NCBI RefSeq assembly: GCF_006345805.1
Contig: NC_043005.1
Coordinates: forward strand, 67,518,001 to 67,582,000
Source of the DNA: Octopus sinensis
Taxonomy: Eukaryota
Length of the DNA: 64,000 nucleotides
Direction of reading: 5' to 3'
A program made the position numbers and the translations under genes. Below, in pieces: positions 38,478-52,589 of this stretch. The notes under the pieces were generated by a model. It did not search any database, had not been told where the DNA came from, and was given only the letters and a program-made list of their open reading frames with translations. Every line of letters starts with the position of its first letter. Position 1 is the first letter of the stretch.

Positions 38478-39984
38478 TATATACATATATATATATTTCA
38501 GTTTCAGTTTCCATCTACGAAATCCGCACTCAAGGCTTTGGTCTGCCCAAGGCTATAGTAGCATATAGTAATGCAGTGGGACAGATCCCTTAACCATGTG
38601 ATTGGGAGATAAACTTCTTATCACACACCCAAGCCAGTGAAATTCGTGATCAGGATTTCATTAGCAAGTTTCTACCCGCTTCAACTACCCGCTAACAGTC
38701 TATTTGTAAGCCTCTAACATTACAAGTTACAGAAAGTGTAGAGACCAATTATCTTATTCAACGCTTTTACCAAAGAGTGGATAATCTTTAGGACACAGCA
38801 ATATTGAAATAACGATGTAATTTGCAACATTTTGGTGAATTTACTTGGTTTATGTAATAAATCAATTTTAGATGATTTAAATATTACTGATATATAATCA
38901 AAATCCATTTATGCATAAGGAATGCGATCTCTACACAGCAGTGAAGCATACCAAAGTTTTAAGTCGTTTTCGTCACGCTTAAGTGAAGTTTGATTTTCTG
39001 CCACATCATATTGTATGAAATTTTCCAACAATTCGACGCACGTACATTATTTCTTATAACAGGAAGAGACTAAACACACATACACACGCAGACACAAACA
39101 ACAGAGTAGATTTCTATCTGATAGTATGGCTTTCCTGTATGGTTTTAATGTCATCTTGATTCAGATCGGCTATTTATAATTAGTTAAAATTGAAGGTGCA
39201 AGTAAATTAGCTTTGGCAAATTTCTAATCATAATTGCAAGCTAACGATCTGTCCATTAATTAAATAGTGTGATATGGTCTATACATTGCTTCCTTATTAT
39301 CTAATTTCCACAAGCTAAACTGAAGTAAATATTGCTTTCTGTTCAAAGCTATGTTCTTTCACCTAGGGCAGTTATTGATATTCTACGTGGTCTTTATGCA
39401 GCTTTCTGCATTGTGTCTAGCTAATATGCACCCCTCAACGCAACGCACATCTTCATTACCCTAACAGATATTAAAACCATTCGGCTCTTCATTAAAAGTC
39501 CCTTTCAATATATATAAAACTTCGCCTCGTTCTTTATCAATTGTTGTCCTGATTAGTTCCAAGAAATCATTTTTTTCCTTGTTCCAACTTCCCCACAGCA
39601 TTGAAGATCAAAAACAAACGAGAATATTTCGACTGTGTTGAACTCAATTGCGTATATATTCCGCTTTTGATGACTTTCGCCAAAAGGCAATAAGTTAATT
39701 ACTATTATTATAATTAGCTGCATTCATTACTACATTTTCTATCTGCAATTCATTGTCCTCTTATCCAGTAATTTGACTGCAGTGACACCCTCAAGGTTTT
39801 TGTTAACTATATCAGCCCCACCATTTTGCTTGCTACATATTTTATCGACCTTTGTAAGAAAAGGAAAAAAAAGTGGGTCGGAATGAAATCACACAAGTCA
39901 TTTTTGTTCGACGCACTAATTTTTCCGGATTACACCGTAATACACACGGGCACACACCACATGCATACATACATGCGGGCGCAC

Positions 39985-40380
39985 ACAACACACACACACA
40001 CACACATGCACACACTCACACACACATACACACACTCACACACACACATACACACACTCACACACACACACATACACACACACACACACACACATGCACA
40101 CACTCACACACACACACATACACACACTCACACACACACACATACACACACACACACACACATACACACACTCACACACACACACATACACACACTCACA
40201 CACACACACATGCACACACTCACACACTCACACACACACATACACACACACACACACACATACACACACACACACACACACACATACACACACTCACACA
40301 CACACACATGCACACACTCACACACACACACATACACACACTCACACACACACACACACGCACACACACACACATGCACA
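39985..40380. repeat. Complex (CA)n-based microsatellite with higher-order interruptions
   Basis: About 400 bp of cacacacata/cacact variants; explains the His-Thr and Cys-Val ORFs. Confidence 0.95.
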
Positions 40381-41149
40381 TGTACACATGGAAAATCATT
40401 GTCATGAACGAGAGAGTACTCAATATAAGAGACCTGGATGTAATTTCTGAGTCCAGTAAGAGTGACATGTTGCTAATATCAGTTTTAAACAGCTGGATAA
40501 TAAACAGCAGGTGATCATCGGGAGTCCCGACCTGATCCGTGGATGAGAAAGAATGTCGCTTGACCAGCATAGAAAATATTTGTTACAAGAAAAATTGGAA
40601 AAAGAAATTTCCCATGACGATCGTAAAGGAAATAAACTATACTCGTTGCGTTGTCCATATCTTTATGTCTTGAGTTTTACGACTATCATCCGATCAGCCT
40701 GATGATAACCGAATATATTCTCTCAAACTGTTAAAAGTAGGCAGCAGCAACGATCTGACTGATATGTTCATAGTATTTTAATTGGGTGCCAGTGTGTGTG
40801 TGCATGCACGCAAGCAAGCGTGCATGGCTTACTGGTTAGGGTGTTGTACTCACGATTGCGAGATTGTGGTTTCAATTCCCAGACAGGCCGCTGCATTGCT
40901 TTCCTCAGCAAAGCACTCCATTTCATGTTGCGTTGCAATCATTTCGTCATGTGACATGTATCATGTCGTGCACCTCTATATATAATGTCGATTTGATGGC
41001 GGGAGTGAGCTTATGTGAACTCATATGTTTGATCACTATAAACAAATCATCTATGTGGTTATTCAGCAAGAAATTGCACAGGCCTCATACTTCAACTAAT
41101 GACTGGAGAGTCCACGATGTGCGTATGTGTACACATGCATGAATATAAA

Positions 41150-41610
41150 GTTAAATTAAGTTTATTTTTTGGCTCAAAAAGCAAAAACAAGGCCATGTAG
41201 GGGGACATGGAGTTATGTACAGGGAGGGTGTTGATGCAAAGATTTCAGGCCAGTTCTGGTCAAGAGAGACTTTGAACCGAGCGGTCGTCGGCATCTTCAC
41301 TATCTCGTCCGGCAGCTTATTCCACGGATCTGCAACCCGGACGGAGAAAGCCCCTCTCCTTCGATTGAGATGAAATCGTCGCAGATAGAGCTTTTCGGAG
41401 TGACCCCGCAGCCGACACTCAGGAACCGGAGTGAAGAACAGCCTTTTCTAGAGGTTACACTTTCCGCTTATGATGTTGTGAGCGAGAATGAGATCACCAC
41501 GACGTCGTCGTTTTTCTAGAGAATAAAGGTCTAGCGTCTTCAGCCTTTCTTCATAAGACAAATGCTTGAGACCAAGAATCATGCAGGTAGCCAGCTTCTG
41601 GACTCTTTCG
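41150..41610 (-). mobile_element. CR1-clade LINE 3' end, well preserved
   Basis: ERVQKLATCMILGLKHLSYEERLKTLDLYSLEKRRRRGDLI...RGHSEKL...FSVRVADPWNKLP. One premature stop at 41448, then an aataaacttaatttaactt tail. Confidence 0.9.
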
Positions 41611-41729
41611 AATATATCTACATACACACACACACATATATACATTCACACACTTACATACATATATATGTATGTATGTATGTATGTATAAATGTACATA
41701 TTTATATAAATATACATATACATGCATAT

Positions 41730-42810
41730 GTGTATATACGACGAGTTTTTGTACTGTTTAAGTTTGCCACAGTTTTCTCGCCACGAGGATGTAGTACACA
41801 TATTCAATGTACAACACATATTCCATGGACTGCAGCCCCCTACTACAATAATGCCCTAAGCAATAGTGACTGTAAGGATAAATTTAAAACCCCTCTAAAT
41901 AATAATAACGTGGAGGCGCGTGGCTTAGTGCTTAGGGTGTCAGTATCATGATCGTAAGATTGTGGTTTCGATTCCTGGACCGGGCGACGCGTTGTGTTCT
42001 TGAGCAAAACACTTCATTTCCCCACTCAGCTGGCAAAAATGAGTATCGCTTCGATGGACTAGCGTCCCGTCCAGCTGGGGAACGCATACGCCATTGAAAC
42101 CGGAAAACCGGGCCCATGAGCCTGGCTAGGCTTTAGAAGGGCGCGTTTATTTTTATTTCTAATAATAACAACAGACCAAAAATAGGATCAGGAATACAAT
42201 TTGGTTGCTCCGCCCCCCACTTAATGTAAAAACTAACATAGGGAAAATATTCTGTCTCCCTTAGGCAAACATTTTCCAGAAAATCACAGCTACTGGAAAA
42301 TACTTAACAAGCGCTCAATGAAATTATTATATAGTTGATGCCTCAATATAAACAGCATGCGTACACTTGTACAACACCAAGAGTCCACACCCAGTTGTAA
42401 CTGTCGAGAAACTAGGAACCTGTCCATTCGACCAGGGGTGTATGATTGAATCAGTCATATTTGAGGCAGAAGTTACGTCAACGCTAGATTATAACACAGC
42501 CGATAAGAAGATCTGTATCGGACTATGTGAGGACGAATTCAAAAATCGATTTGCTAAACACATATCCTCCTTCCGTCACAGGGACAAAATACAAACTACT
42601 AAGTTGGCTAGCTACGTATGCGCTTTGAAGTCGAATGCCACACCACATACGATAAAGTGGAAAATAGCCGAACAATTCATACATTCCAACTTTTCTACCT
42701 ACCTCCTTCTCGCGTTTTCTCGCTTTTTCTCTCATCTTATCATCCCAGTTTTAGTTTGTAATGCTAAGTGAGCAGCGCCTGAATATTGTGCTGAGACATC
42801 AGGCGTGTTG
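41730..42810 (+). mobile_element. Penelope-like element (Neptune-type) C-terminal half, interrupted by a SINE at 41910-42150
   Basis: AAPYYNNALSNSD.KDK, IW..PP, KHFPENHSYWKILNK, CNCRE..CP.DQGCMIESVIFEAEV and ICIGLCEDEFKNRFAKHISSFRH...IKWKI (GIY-YIG endonuclease). Confidence 0.8.
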
Positions 42811-42966
42811 AAAAGTAATGTTTGGCCTACTCTCATCACATGAAACTAATAGTAGCACATCAAAACATGTACTGTGCTTATTAAATAATATCTAACACTC
42901 ACCAGATGGACAACCTTTTTTTGTTGAACTTATCACGGAACAGTACACTATATATATATGCACACA

Positions 42967-43008
<42 letters not shown>

Positions 43009-43061
43009 GCATACACAGAAACACACACGCATATATATGCATACATAAAAATATATATATG

Positions 43062-43114
<53 letters not shown>

Positions 43115-43180
43115 CCTACTTAGAAATGGATGCGTCGCTTTCAATCATATAATAATATAAATAATGTGTACGTATATATA

Positions 43181-43251
<71 letters not shown>

Positions 43252-45599
43252 TATATATACATATATATATATATGCATATATACATATATATATGTACAT
43301 ACTTACATATATATGTATATACACGTGCGTATATGGGCACGTGTCAGTGTGATATATAATATCTTATATTCCCTGCAAGAACTAATTAATATCCTGGTTT
43401 CCATATCCTATATACTTTTCACGTATCTTTCTCATACTCAATTCAATCTCTTATTCACGTGATAATTTTCTGCCATTTCCTTCAATATTCATTTTGTTTT
43501 CTGCCATTTTCTTTCAGTTATAATGGAATAGCTTAGTCTTAAATATGCTTTAATCTCATGAAAATCAATCTGTGTTACGCTTAGACAAATATTCGATTAA
43601 CACCAGGAATTGGACTTTGGTCGGTACCCGCTTAAATAAATGCTTCAATTTACTCGAAAGAAGTGATTTCTCGCAAAGTTAAATCTTCAACTCCGTCTGC
43701 ATCTTTCTATTTCTTCAGTACTTATTGCTTAAAGTGTAGCCCCTTGTGTGCAGTAAAGAAATAAGAATCTTTAGGATGCTGGACGAAATGCTTATCGGTA
43801 TTTCTCCTGTTGCTTAGTTCTAAGTTCAAATTTCGCCGAGGTTGACTTTGCCTTTCATCATTTCGGCTCGTTAAAATAAGTATCAGTTGAAGACTGGGGA
43901 CGATGTAATCGACTCACACCCTCCTCTAAAATTACTGCCCTTGTGGTAAAATTTGAAGCCATTATTACTTGTTGCCTGATGCAGCGAGCTGACAGAATCG
44001 TGATCCCGCCAGTCAAAATACTTAGTAATATTTCTTCTGTCTTTACCTTCTGAATTCAAATTCCGTCGGGATTGACCTTACCTTTCCTACCCTTCAGGGT
44101 CGCAAAATATGTACCAGTTGAGCATTTGATTGACCAGCTCCCTCCCGCAAAATTTCTGGCCTTCTGTTTATATTTGAAAGGTTTCTTTTTTGTAACTCAG
44201 TCGTGGGAAGGGACTGTCCAATACCTATAAATTTATATGGCATCTGAGTCAAGCAGAAGGAAGGGTGAAAGAAAGGTAGCTTCAAACCTGTGACCTGCTC
44301 TGAAGATTTTCAGTTATCTAAGTTAAAAGCCCCAGTAGACCAGGGTGAGGTATTAAGTTTACTAACAATGTAGGAAAATATTGTGATTTAAACTCAGAAC
44401 ATAATAAGCCGGAACAAATACTACATTGCATCTAGTCCGATTGTGTAACGATTCTACAAGTTCCCCACCTTAGACTGGTACATTATTTATCGACCCTGGA
44501 AGGATAAAATTAACACCTGTTTGGGGCATGATTTGTAATCACAAAAAATTGAAGTGAATATTTACTGTACAGTGACTTATTTCCTCCCATGCTCTAACAT
44601 CTCTGAAGAAAAGAGGCGTTCAGAGGACAGCTGGCAGCATTACAGGGCAACGGGTTAAATCTTCCAGCGAAGATGGCCACAGTGAAATTTAAGCTCAGAA
44701 CTCAGAGAATTGGAACAAATACAAGGCAACTCTGCGGATACTCTAACAGTGAAGCAACCCTTAGATAATAAATTATTTATCGACTCCGGAGGGATAACAT
44801 GAAATTAAGGAAAAATATTTTTAGACTATATTTTTCTCTGGAAATATGGGACTTAAGTACTTTAGTTCAGAAATGCCTACTGTATTTTGTGCTTTCAGTA
44901 CTACAGGGGATTAAATATTGTAACATTAAGTAAAACTCCCCTAATGACACTATATTGTATCTATTAAAATAATACAGCGAAGAAATGACAATAATTTTTT
45001 TCTCTCTCACTCTTCATTACTTCACCATTATCATCTTGCACTGCTTGCCGTAAATATATTTAGTAGCATTTTCGTTTGCATTGCTATATATGCTAATCTT
45101 AAACTTTCCTTTTACATTCTTTGTCAGCGGAAAGATTTTTCTATAGTCAAATAAAATTACAGATGTCATAACCATCCCCTACCTTGAGGGAAACGCACAT
45201 CTGTGCATTGAATGCATCAGATTTTTTTCTGTGGGTCTAATGCTCAAGTTTAAAGTTAAGTATAACAGCTTTTTTATAGTCTATCTTTAGCATGTTTTCA
45301 CATTTCCAACAGATATTACTTTTAGGGAAGATAAAACTCATATTAAATTCATGTTTATAAATTTCCTTTCAAAGAAAATATCTTACACTGTGGGCCTCTA
45401 GAACAGGGTTATCAGCTAAAAGCATTCTATACAATGATAACATTTTAGGAAGCATTTTTTTTAAATTGACTTCTTGCTATATTATGATCATTTTCGTGTA
45501 CAAGAAACTTTCCGATGTCCTCACGGATATAGTTATGTAAGGCTCCAGAAATCTTTGAGCTTAAGTGATGATCACTCTGCTTATCTATGTTTCTTCTTT

Positions 45600-46440
45600 A
45601 AGTTAAGAACTTTTCTTTTGTGCAGCATATTTAATGTGTTGTAATTCAAGAAAATCAATTTTGTACGCAGACCTTTTTGCTGCAGGTAATGCAGTATGTG
45701 TAACTGTTTTTCTGACCAGCTTTCTTCTTACGGGGCTTCGACGAAATTTTTGCAGCGAAAATAACAGCAATTCATCCACGAAGATCCACGTAATTCATTA
45801 TCATGCATCTTTAATAAACTCGAAATTCCTTCTTTTCCTCGTCTGTCTTTTTATGGTAACCTTGATATCTAAATTCTCCTGCAAGTTGAAAGCATTCAAC
45901 AACATTGTTACTATTGTATGTAGTGTTCTACAACTCTTTCCATTCAGATTTTACACTTCTAAATCATGCTATGGAAAAGTTTTAAATAACATACTGGTAC
46001 TGTCATTGCAAGACCGTATAGACTGTTTCTTACTTAACACACAAACATAACTCATTAGTTGGCAATTTATAATCTACTCTAAAGATCGACTTCTGTGCCT
46101 TAGTTTTATTTTATTCTTCTTCGAACCTGATGAAGCAAATCTTTTCTTGACTTTGAATTTTGCATTTTGTTCAGCTGACCTTTATGTTTTTTTCAGCATG
46201 GTTGGCCATTGCAAAATTATCAATTCATTTGATTTCATTGCTGCAAGCTCATTAATTAATTTCGGACTATTTGCAGTTTAATGCTGAAAGAATTTTTATT
46301 GCAATGAGCTTACAAATAGAAAACAGTCAAGACAACTAACTTGACTCAAGAACTTCTTTCTTTGAAACTGGGTTACAATGGATTGGGCACTTTCAACAAC
46401 ACAATTTGAATGTATGTATGCCATTATTCAGTATTATTTC
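45600..46440 (-). mobile_element. piggyBac transposase C-terminal remnant
   Basis: KTK.-VDL, YLKLFHSMI, LNAFNL and terminal YCITCSKKVC (Cys-rich domain) in the expected order. Confidence 0.45.
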
Positions 46441-47330
46441 AAGATTTATTGACAATAGAGAAAGAGTGAGTTTCTAAACTAGATCCAAGGCTCCTTCATT
46501 TCAACATCAACAGAGTATTACGTATGCATGCATGTATGTATGTATGTATGTATGTATGTATGTATTCCTGCATACATGTATGTATCTACAGAGTGCATCA
46601 GCTTTTAGACCATTTGTATGAATCTAGAAAAGACGCATTGCCCATTAGAGATATAGCCACATTACCTATCAAAGATTATGACTCTCTTTTAGTCAGTGCC
46701 CATGAACTCATAACAGAGGAACTGTAGAGAGTGAGAGAGAGAGAGTCACTGCGGGCTTGCTATCCAGCTGATCTGCAGAAGAAGAACTTCCAGTTCGGCG
46801 GCTAACAAGGCTAGTGGTTTAAATGACCGACCGTACTCACCCTCATTGTGTAGATGATTGAAGAGGAATAAAGATACTTCGACACACTCTTGTTTCTGAT
46901 TATTTTTATATATAGCTTAACAAAGCTATAATATTACCAATAACTGACTGCTCATATGGCATAATGCGTCTGGCTTATACAGGCTTTGTTTTATGTTTCC
47001 ATGGTGAACATTTAGGGCAAGATACGATCCTTGTGATATTAAGCCGTCTTGAGTTTAGAAGCGATGTACTTAGCTGAAATGTTGATTTCGTCTGATGTAA
47101 CATATGTTGTGGTATTTTTTATTGAAAGTAATGGAAATGGGATTATGAATAAGCTGTTCATATGTACTTGTATTAACATCAGTGATGTTACTTGCTTAAT
47201 CTGCTTTCAATAAAGCGCTAAGGACGAAACCTGAGGTGGGAGTCACATCATTATCTCTCACACACACACACACGCACACATACATATATGTATGCATTTA
47301 TGTATGTATTTATGTATGTATGTATGAAGC

Positions 47331-47396
47331 TAGGTAGGTAGGTAGGTAGGTAGGTAGGTAGGTAGGTAGGTAGGTAGGTAGGTAGGTAGGTAGGTA
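47331..47396. repeat. (TAGG)n microsatellite
   Basis: Direct reading. Confidence 0.97.
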
Positions 47397-48881
47397 TGTG
47401 ATTCAATATTTGATAAGGTTTGATATAGGTTTGGCAAGTGACAATGCACTCATCTCTCGGCCGTTGAGTCCCTATACCATTTCTGCCGATTAATAATATA
47501 TACATATATAGATATATGTATATGCATGTGTATGCATTATGTACATATTGTGTGCATGTTGTAGCTTATAAGTATCGCCTTTCAGAAGAATAAAGTGATT
47601 TAGATTACTTAGATTATTATGTTGTTATTATTGTCTATCACTGAGTCCAAGTTTATCCAAGACAGAATATCATTAAATGCGTTCCAGGCATCATAATTCC
47701 ATATTTTGTGGGTATGTTGAACTACATCACTGGATATGTTTGTATGTTGTTGTTTTTTACCTCATTTAAGATACAAGAGAACGGTATGAGGATGATTTGG
47801 TTGATATTTCTAGCAGATAAATGTACTACATAGAGGCTTCTTCGTTGGCTCGTAATTTTGTTTGGATGTTCATATATATAATGATTCAAGCTTCTATACG
47901 TCTGTGTTTTCAGTCATTTTATTAAATTTCTGTGATTATTACCGCTAGCGTCTTCATGGCGACAATATTACCGGAAATATATTCTATAGCGAATGAGAAT
48001 TGAAATATTTCAGCTTTTCTGCAAGATCTAATTCGTGGTTTGATCTTACTTTTATTTCGTATCATGTCTCTTTTCATGTTTTAGACATTTTGTATTTTTT
48101 TTTTATGTCAGCTACGGTCAAAATGACTTAATTCACTTGGTGGCGTATGAGTGTTTGTGTATACCGTTACACTGAATTTTTGTTCATCTTTATTAAGTTA
48201 TCGCATTCATATTAATCTTTCATGTAGTGACACAACGACTGAATTACGTCATTAACCAATTCGAAGACAGTCAGCAAAATATTTTGACATTTTATAGGTA
48301 ATAAAAGTAACAAGAAAACAGGTTATGTCAGTATGGCATTAGCTAATATAAGTTACCATTACGATAAACCTTTATTCATTTCTGTTTACTTTAATCTGGA
48401 TGAAAGTTAAGAGTATGTATAATACATTGGCTTTGGCTGGAAGGTATTTCCCCACACATTAAAACATATTTTTATAAAATAATATTATTTTCATATTATT
48501 TTCCTTATATATGAAATAAAATATTTCTTTCTGCTATAGGCACAAGGCCTTATATTAATTGAAATGTTGATTTCAACTTTTAGCACAAGGCCAGCAGTTT
48601 CGAGGCAGAGGGTAAGGCGATTACATCGACCCCAGTATTCAACTGGTACTTATTTTATCGACTCCAAAATGAGGAGAGGCAAAGTCAGCCTCGGCGTAAT
48701 TTGAACTCAGAACGTAAAACCTGGCTAAATACGCTATGCATTTTGCCCAGAGTCCTAACGATTGTATCAGCTCGCCGCCTTTTTATATTAAATTAGATAT
48801 CAAAACTAATATATTGAATCATAATAGACTATCTACACTTGCAGCAGTTGTGCAACACTGTATTTTAAACATAATACTCTT

Positions 48882-49115
48882 TTACTCTTTTTTACTCTTT
48901 TTACTTGTTTCAGTCATTTGACAACGGCCATGCTGGAGCACCGCCTTTAATCGAGCAACTCGACCCCGGGACTTATTCTTTTGTAAGCCCAGTACTTATT
49001 CTATCGGTCTCTTTTGCCGAACCGCTAAGTAACGGGGACATAAACACACCAGCATCGGTTGTCAAGCAATGCTAGGGGGACAAACACAGACACACAAACA
49101 CACATACACGCATAT

Positions 49116-49178
<63 letters not shown>

Positions 49179-49352
49179 TACGACGGGCTTCTTTTAGTTT
49201 CCGTCTACCAAATCCACTCACAAGGCTTTGGTCGGCTCAAGGCTATAGTAGAAGGCACTTGCCCAAGGTGCCAAGGTGCCACGCAGTGGGACTGAGCCTG
49301 GAACCATGTGGTTGGTAAACAAGCTACTTACCTCACAGCTACTCCTGCGCCT
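48882..49352 (-). mobile_element. Full-length SINE family B with internal (TA)n
   Basis: Head ggcgcaggagtagctgtgaggtaag. Another copy at 58033-58432 (-) and partial copies near 14685-14805, 17830-17920, 31170-31500, 37960-38130, 38480-38640, 54695-54750 and 63110-63311. Confidence 0.85.
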
Positions 49353-49489
49353 ATAGGATTTTAAAACAATTTGGTTCAACAATCGGGAAAAAATACACAT
49401 CAACTTCCACTAAAATCATGTACTGACGGAACTTTTTCAAATCTAATCATGATCAACTCTGGTGTTTCCCCATGGTTTGGTTTTATTCT

Positions 49490-50330
49490 TCACTTTCTTC
49501 GTATACAGTAGTGACGTCTTTCTCTCAACATCCGACAATGCTTGCTTTTTTGCAGATAATACGACCCAACATTCCCCACTTACCTCCCCGACAATGCATC
49601 ATTCATAAACCTGATAGGCACGACTTGCCAAACCTACATTGATTCTATTAACGTAGACTTTGCAAGAATCTTCCTGTAAGGCCATGCCAATATTGTCTCT
49701 TTTAATAGCATAAAAATCTTCAGCGCAGCAGCTATCCAGAAGAAGATACCGCATGACGTACTCCTAAACATAAGCTGTATCTAACTAAACACCTCGCAGT
49801 CACTCCAAATGAAGGCCTAACACAGAACGAACACAGAGCGATCGCTAAACCTTGCCGCATCTAAAGACTAGCCATTCTCTTCAAAGCAACAGTTACTAAT
49901 ACTCTACAAAGCTGATCTCATTAATAGGTGGTGTCACTGATGCAAACAAGGACATTGTGGACTGTATCCAGAAAAGGACCACCTGACCGATTTTCCACCC
50001 ATTTATTAACAAACTCCAGCATCTGGCACAGAGCTGTGCTACCTCCTCTCTGTCTTTTCTCAGTCACCTTGACCCCACTCCTTGTAGCTGACTTGTTTCG
50101 TAACCCATCCGCTCAGACAGCTCCGATCTTCTCGTCTCCCCATCTCTCATGTCATCCTTATTACATCCAATCATCTGGTCACATCCGAACCACTATGTTC
50201 AGACCTTCATTCCCTGAACATAGGCTTTCGAATTTTCTCTCTGTTGACGATTTTCCTGCAGATTTTGACTCCCAATAGTTTAAGTGTAATATCAATGGCA
50301 TCAAATCCACCAGTTAAGAAGGCACAAATG
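49490..50330 (+). mobile_element. L2/CR1-group (Crack-like) LINE 3' remnant
   Basis: Decayed RT C-terminal region (FADNTT.., HR..A.LCLF, SHPYYI, R.T.F..SF) ending in a short 3' UTR; stops and frameshifts. Confidence 0.5.
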
Positions 50331-50568
50331 TTATTTTAACCCGTGATTCAGCAAGTAAAATATATCGCGGTTTTGCATATGCATTACGTATATGCTTATA
50401 ACTACGGATACCAGTGCATATTCTCTGTGAAACGTTTTTACTTCCTGGAAGAATCATTATAGCATCAGACGAACTATATGCGATATCTGTGCCATTGTTT
50501 GTGTTTAAATCGAATCAGTTACACCTTTGGTTTTCATCCTTGCGCAGTCACAGATGAGCTAAGAGAAA

Positions 50569-50640
50569 TAGCGCAGAGTGTAGCGCAGAGTGTAGCGCAG
50601 AGTGTAGCGCAGAGTGTAGCGCAGAGTGTAGCGCAGAGTG
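50569..50640. repeat. Six perfect copies of the 12-mer tagcgcagagtg
   Basis: Direct reading. Confidence 0.97.
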
Positions 50641-52234
50641 CTCAGTAGCATGTACTTGAAGGACAAAGCTTAATAATGGTATATAAGATACTATACCCTA
50701 TAAAATGTTGCTTCATTGAAATCATCATCGCTTTCAGAGGAAGTACTACAGTATAGCTTGATGATAAATAAACAAACTTCGAATAAGAAGGCGAGAAAAT
50801 TTCTCAACTCAATTGCTATGTCTATGTGTGTGTATTTATATATACATACATAGCTAATAATTCCTCAATGGTGAATTTAGTCATTATAATGGTGTGGTAT
50901 AATATATATTCATTTGTGTAGAGAAACATACACAGACATATAGACAAGACATACATACATACACACACATATATATGTGTGTGTGTGTGCGTGTGTGTGT
51001 GTTTATGTGTGTGCATGTCTGCGTATGTGTATATATGAATACTGTAATATAATTGTTTCCTAGATACTGTGCTTTAAGGTAAACGCTGCTAAGGACCCTT
51101 GCCCTTGACATTATTTTGTTTTTCAATAACCCCAATACCATTCAGATGAGATTAAACATTACTATTCCTAGTTATCCTACTTTTAGTAACTCCTCCCTTA
51201 ATCCGGTAGGCTATTTGCTTAATCAAAAGCAAATATAATAAATGCTGCTTGGGAATCAACACTCAACGAAATAAGCAAAGAGAACCACCTTATTTTTGTA
51301 TTAATCGTCTGTTTGATATTGTATATTATAAGTATATACAGAAGAAGATTCACCACAGAAAGGAATATCATGGTAATAGAAATAGAAAGAAATTACGTGA
51401 AAGAGGAAAGTATGTTTATGAGAAAGAAATAGCCTTCAGGTAATCTTTCTGAATGGCTATTCAGAAAGAATAGCAAGTAATCAGCCTAGATATTATAAAT
51501 TAGAAACGAAGATGGAAATAAGGAAATGAAGAAAAATATAGCAGAAAAGAAATAATGCATGAAACAGCTAAATGAGTAAGAGAAAACATGATAAAGTATT
51601 GGAGAATAATATTTCTAAAATATGAGGTACAGTATGATAAGTGAAATTAAATGTTTCTTACTAGGAAGCGGAAACATATCGTCAACCTTGCTCTCTCTGA
51701 ACCGTATTGAATCTCTTCAGTGTCTCCTTCAAAAATAAAAATATCGGTTGATATTGATTTTTAGAGTTCTTAATTTATAATCCCACCCCACCGAAAATTG
51801 TTTGATATTTGTTAGAATCAATTAGGCTATATTTTACAGGTAAAATAAGTGTGTCTTAAAAAGTTCGCGTGCTTTCCAGTAGTATTTACAATTCTTAATT
51901 TCGGAAGAAGGCCAGCATTTTGAAGGGAGGGGTTCTAGTCGCTACCAGTGACCTCAAATGGAACAGTGACTGGTACTTTATCTTTTGGATGTCCAAAATG
52001 CAAAGATGGCCTCAGAATGTAAAGAGTTCGACGATATATAGTTTTAATAATGAATCGAAGGTTTTGTTCTCGATTCCTTTAATTCTTTGTACGTATAAAA
52101 CATAAAACAAAATAACTGTTTTCTTAAATGATAATACATTTCTCTGCATTTTAGAAGAGAGATCTAGAATGCTGTGATATTTAGCTTGTACTAAGTATAT
52201 GTATATTTTATTATTCGGCTCTTTACCTCTAGAC

Positions 52235-52555
52235 CAGTGGTTCTCAACTGGGGTCCATATAAGATTTTTGTGGGGTCCACACAGCAAAATAGTAAACTGG
52301 AGATTCACAATAGTATTTTAAGGGCCCCTGAAAACAATTGTTTTAGATGTATGTTTTGGTACGTAATGCTAAGTTTCTTTCTCTAACATTCTACATAGTT
52401 CAGCCTACACAAGTTAATGTATGAAAAACGAAATAGGAATTTTGAAAGACATTTCTATAAAACTATATTTTAAACATCGAATAACTATGAGGACCCACCA
52501 GAATAAAATAATGATCAAAGGGTCCATAGGTACAAAAAATGGTTGAGAATCCCTA
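52235..52555. mobile_element. hAT (Charlie-type) MITE
   Basis: TIRs cagtggttctcaac / gttgagaatcccta. 8-bp TSD ctctagac / atctagac matches the Charlie-type NTCTAGAN target. Confidence 0.85.
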
Positions 52556-52589
52556 ATCTAGACTGACGATCTAAGCAGCAGGGAATAAT

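Noticed and set aside
39826-40570. Long His/Thr- and Cys/Val-rich ORFs (up to 213 aa) that could be mistaken for metal-binding or histidine-rich proteins
   Set aside because: They are translations of a (CA)n microsatellite, which lacks stop codons in all frames.
45600-46440. Initially read as a ZMYM1-like hAT remnant
   Set aside because: Motif order and the terminal CxxC..C segment fit piggyBac better; reassigned with modest confidence.
50569-50640. CRISPR-like direct repeats
   Set aside because: No spacers, a 12-bp unit, eukaryotic context and no cas genes.
51445-51468. Perfect 10-bp hairpin ctttctgaat-ggct-attcagaaag (similar small hairpins near 17600-17619 and 21197-21242)
   Set aside because: Isolated short palindromes are expected at this frequency in 64 kb of AT-rich, repeat-derived DNA; no supporting context.
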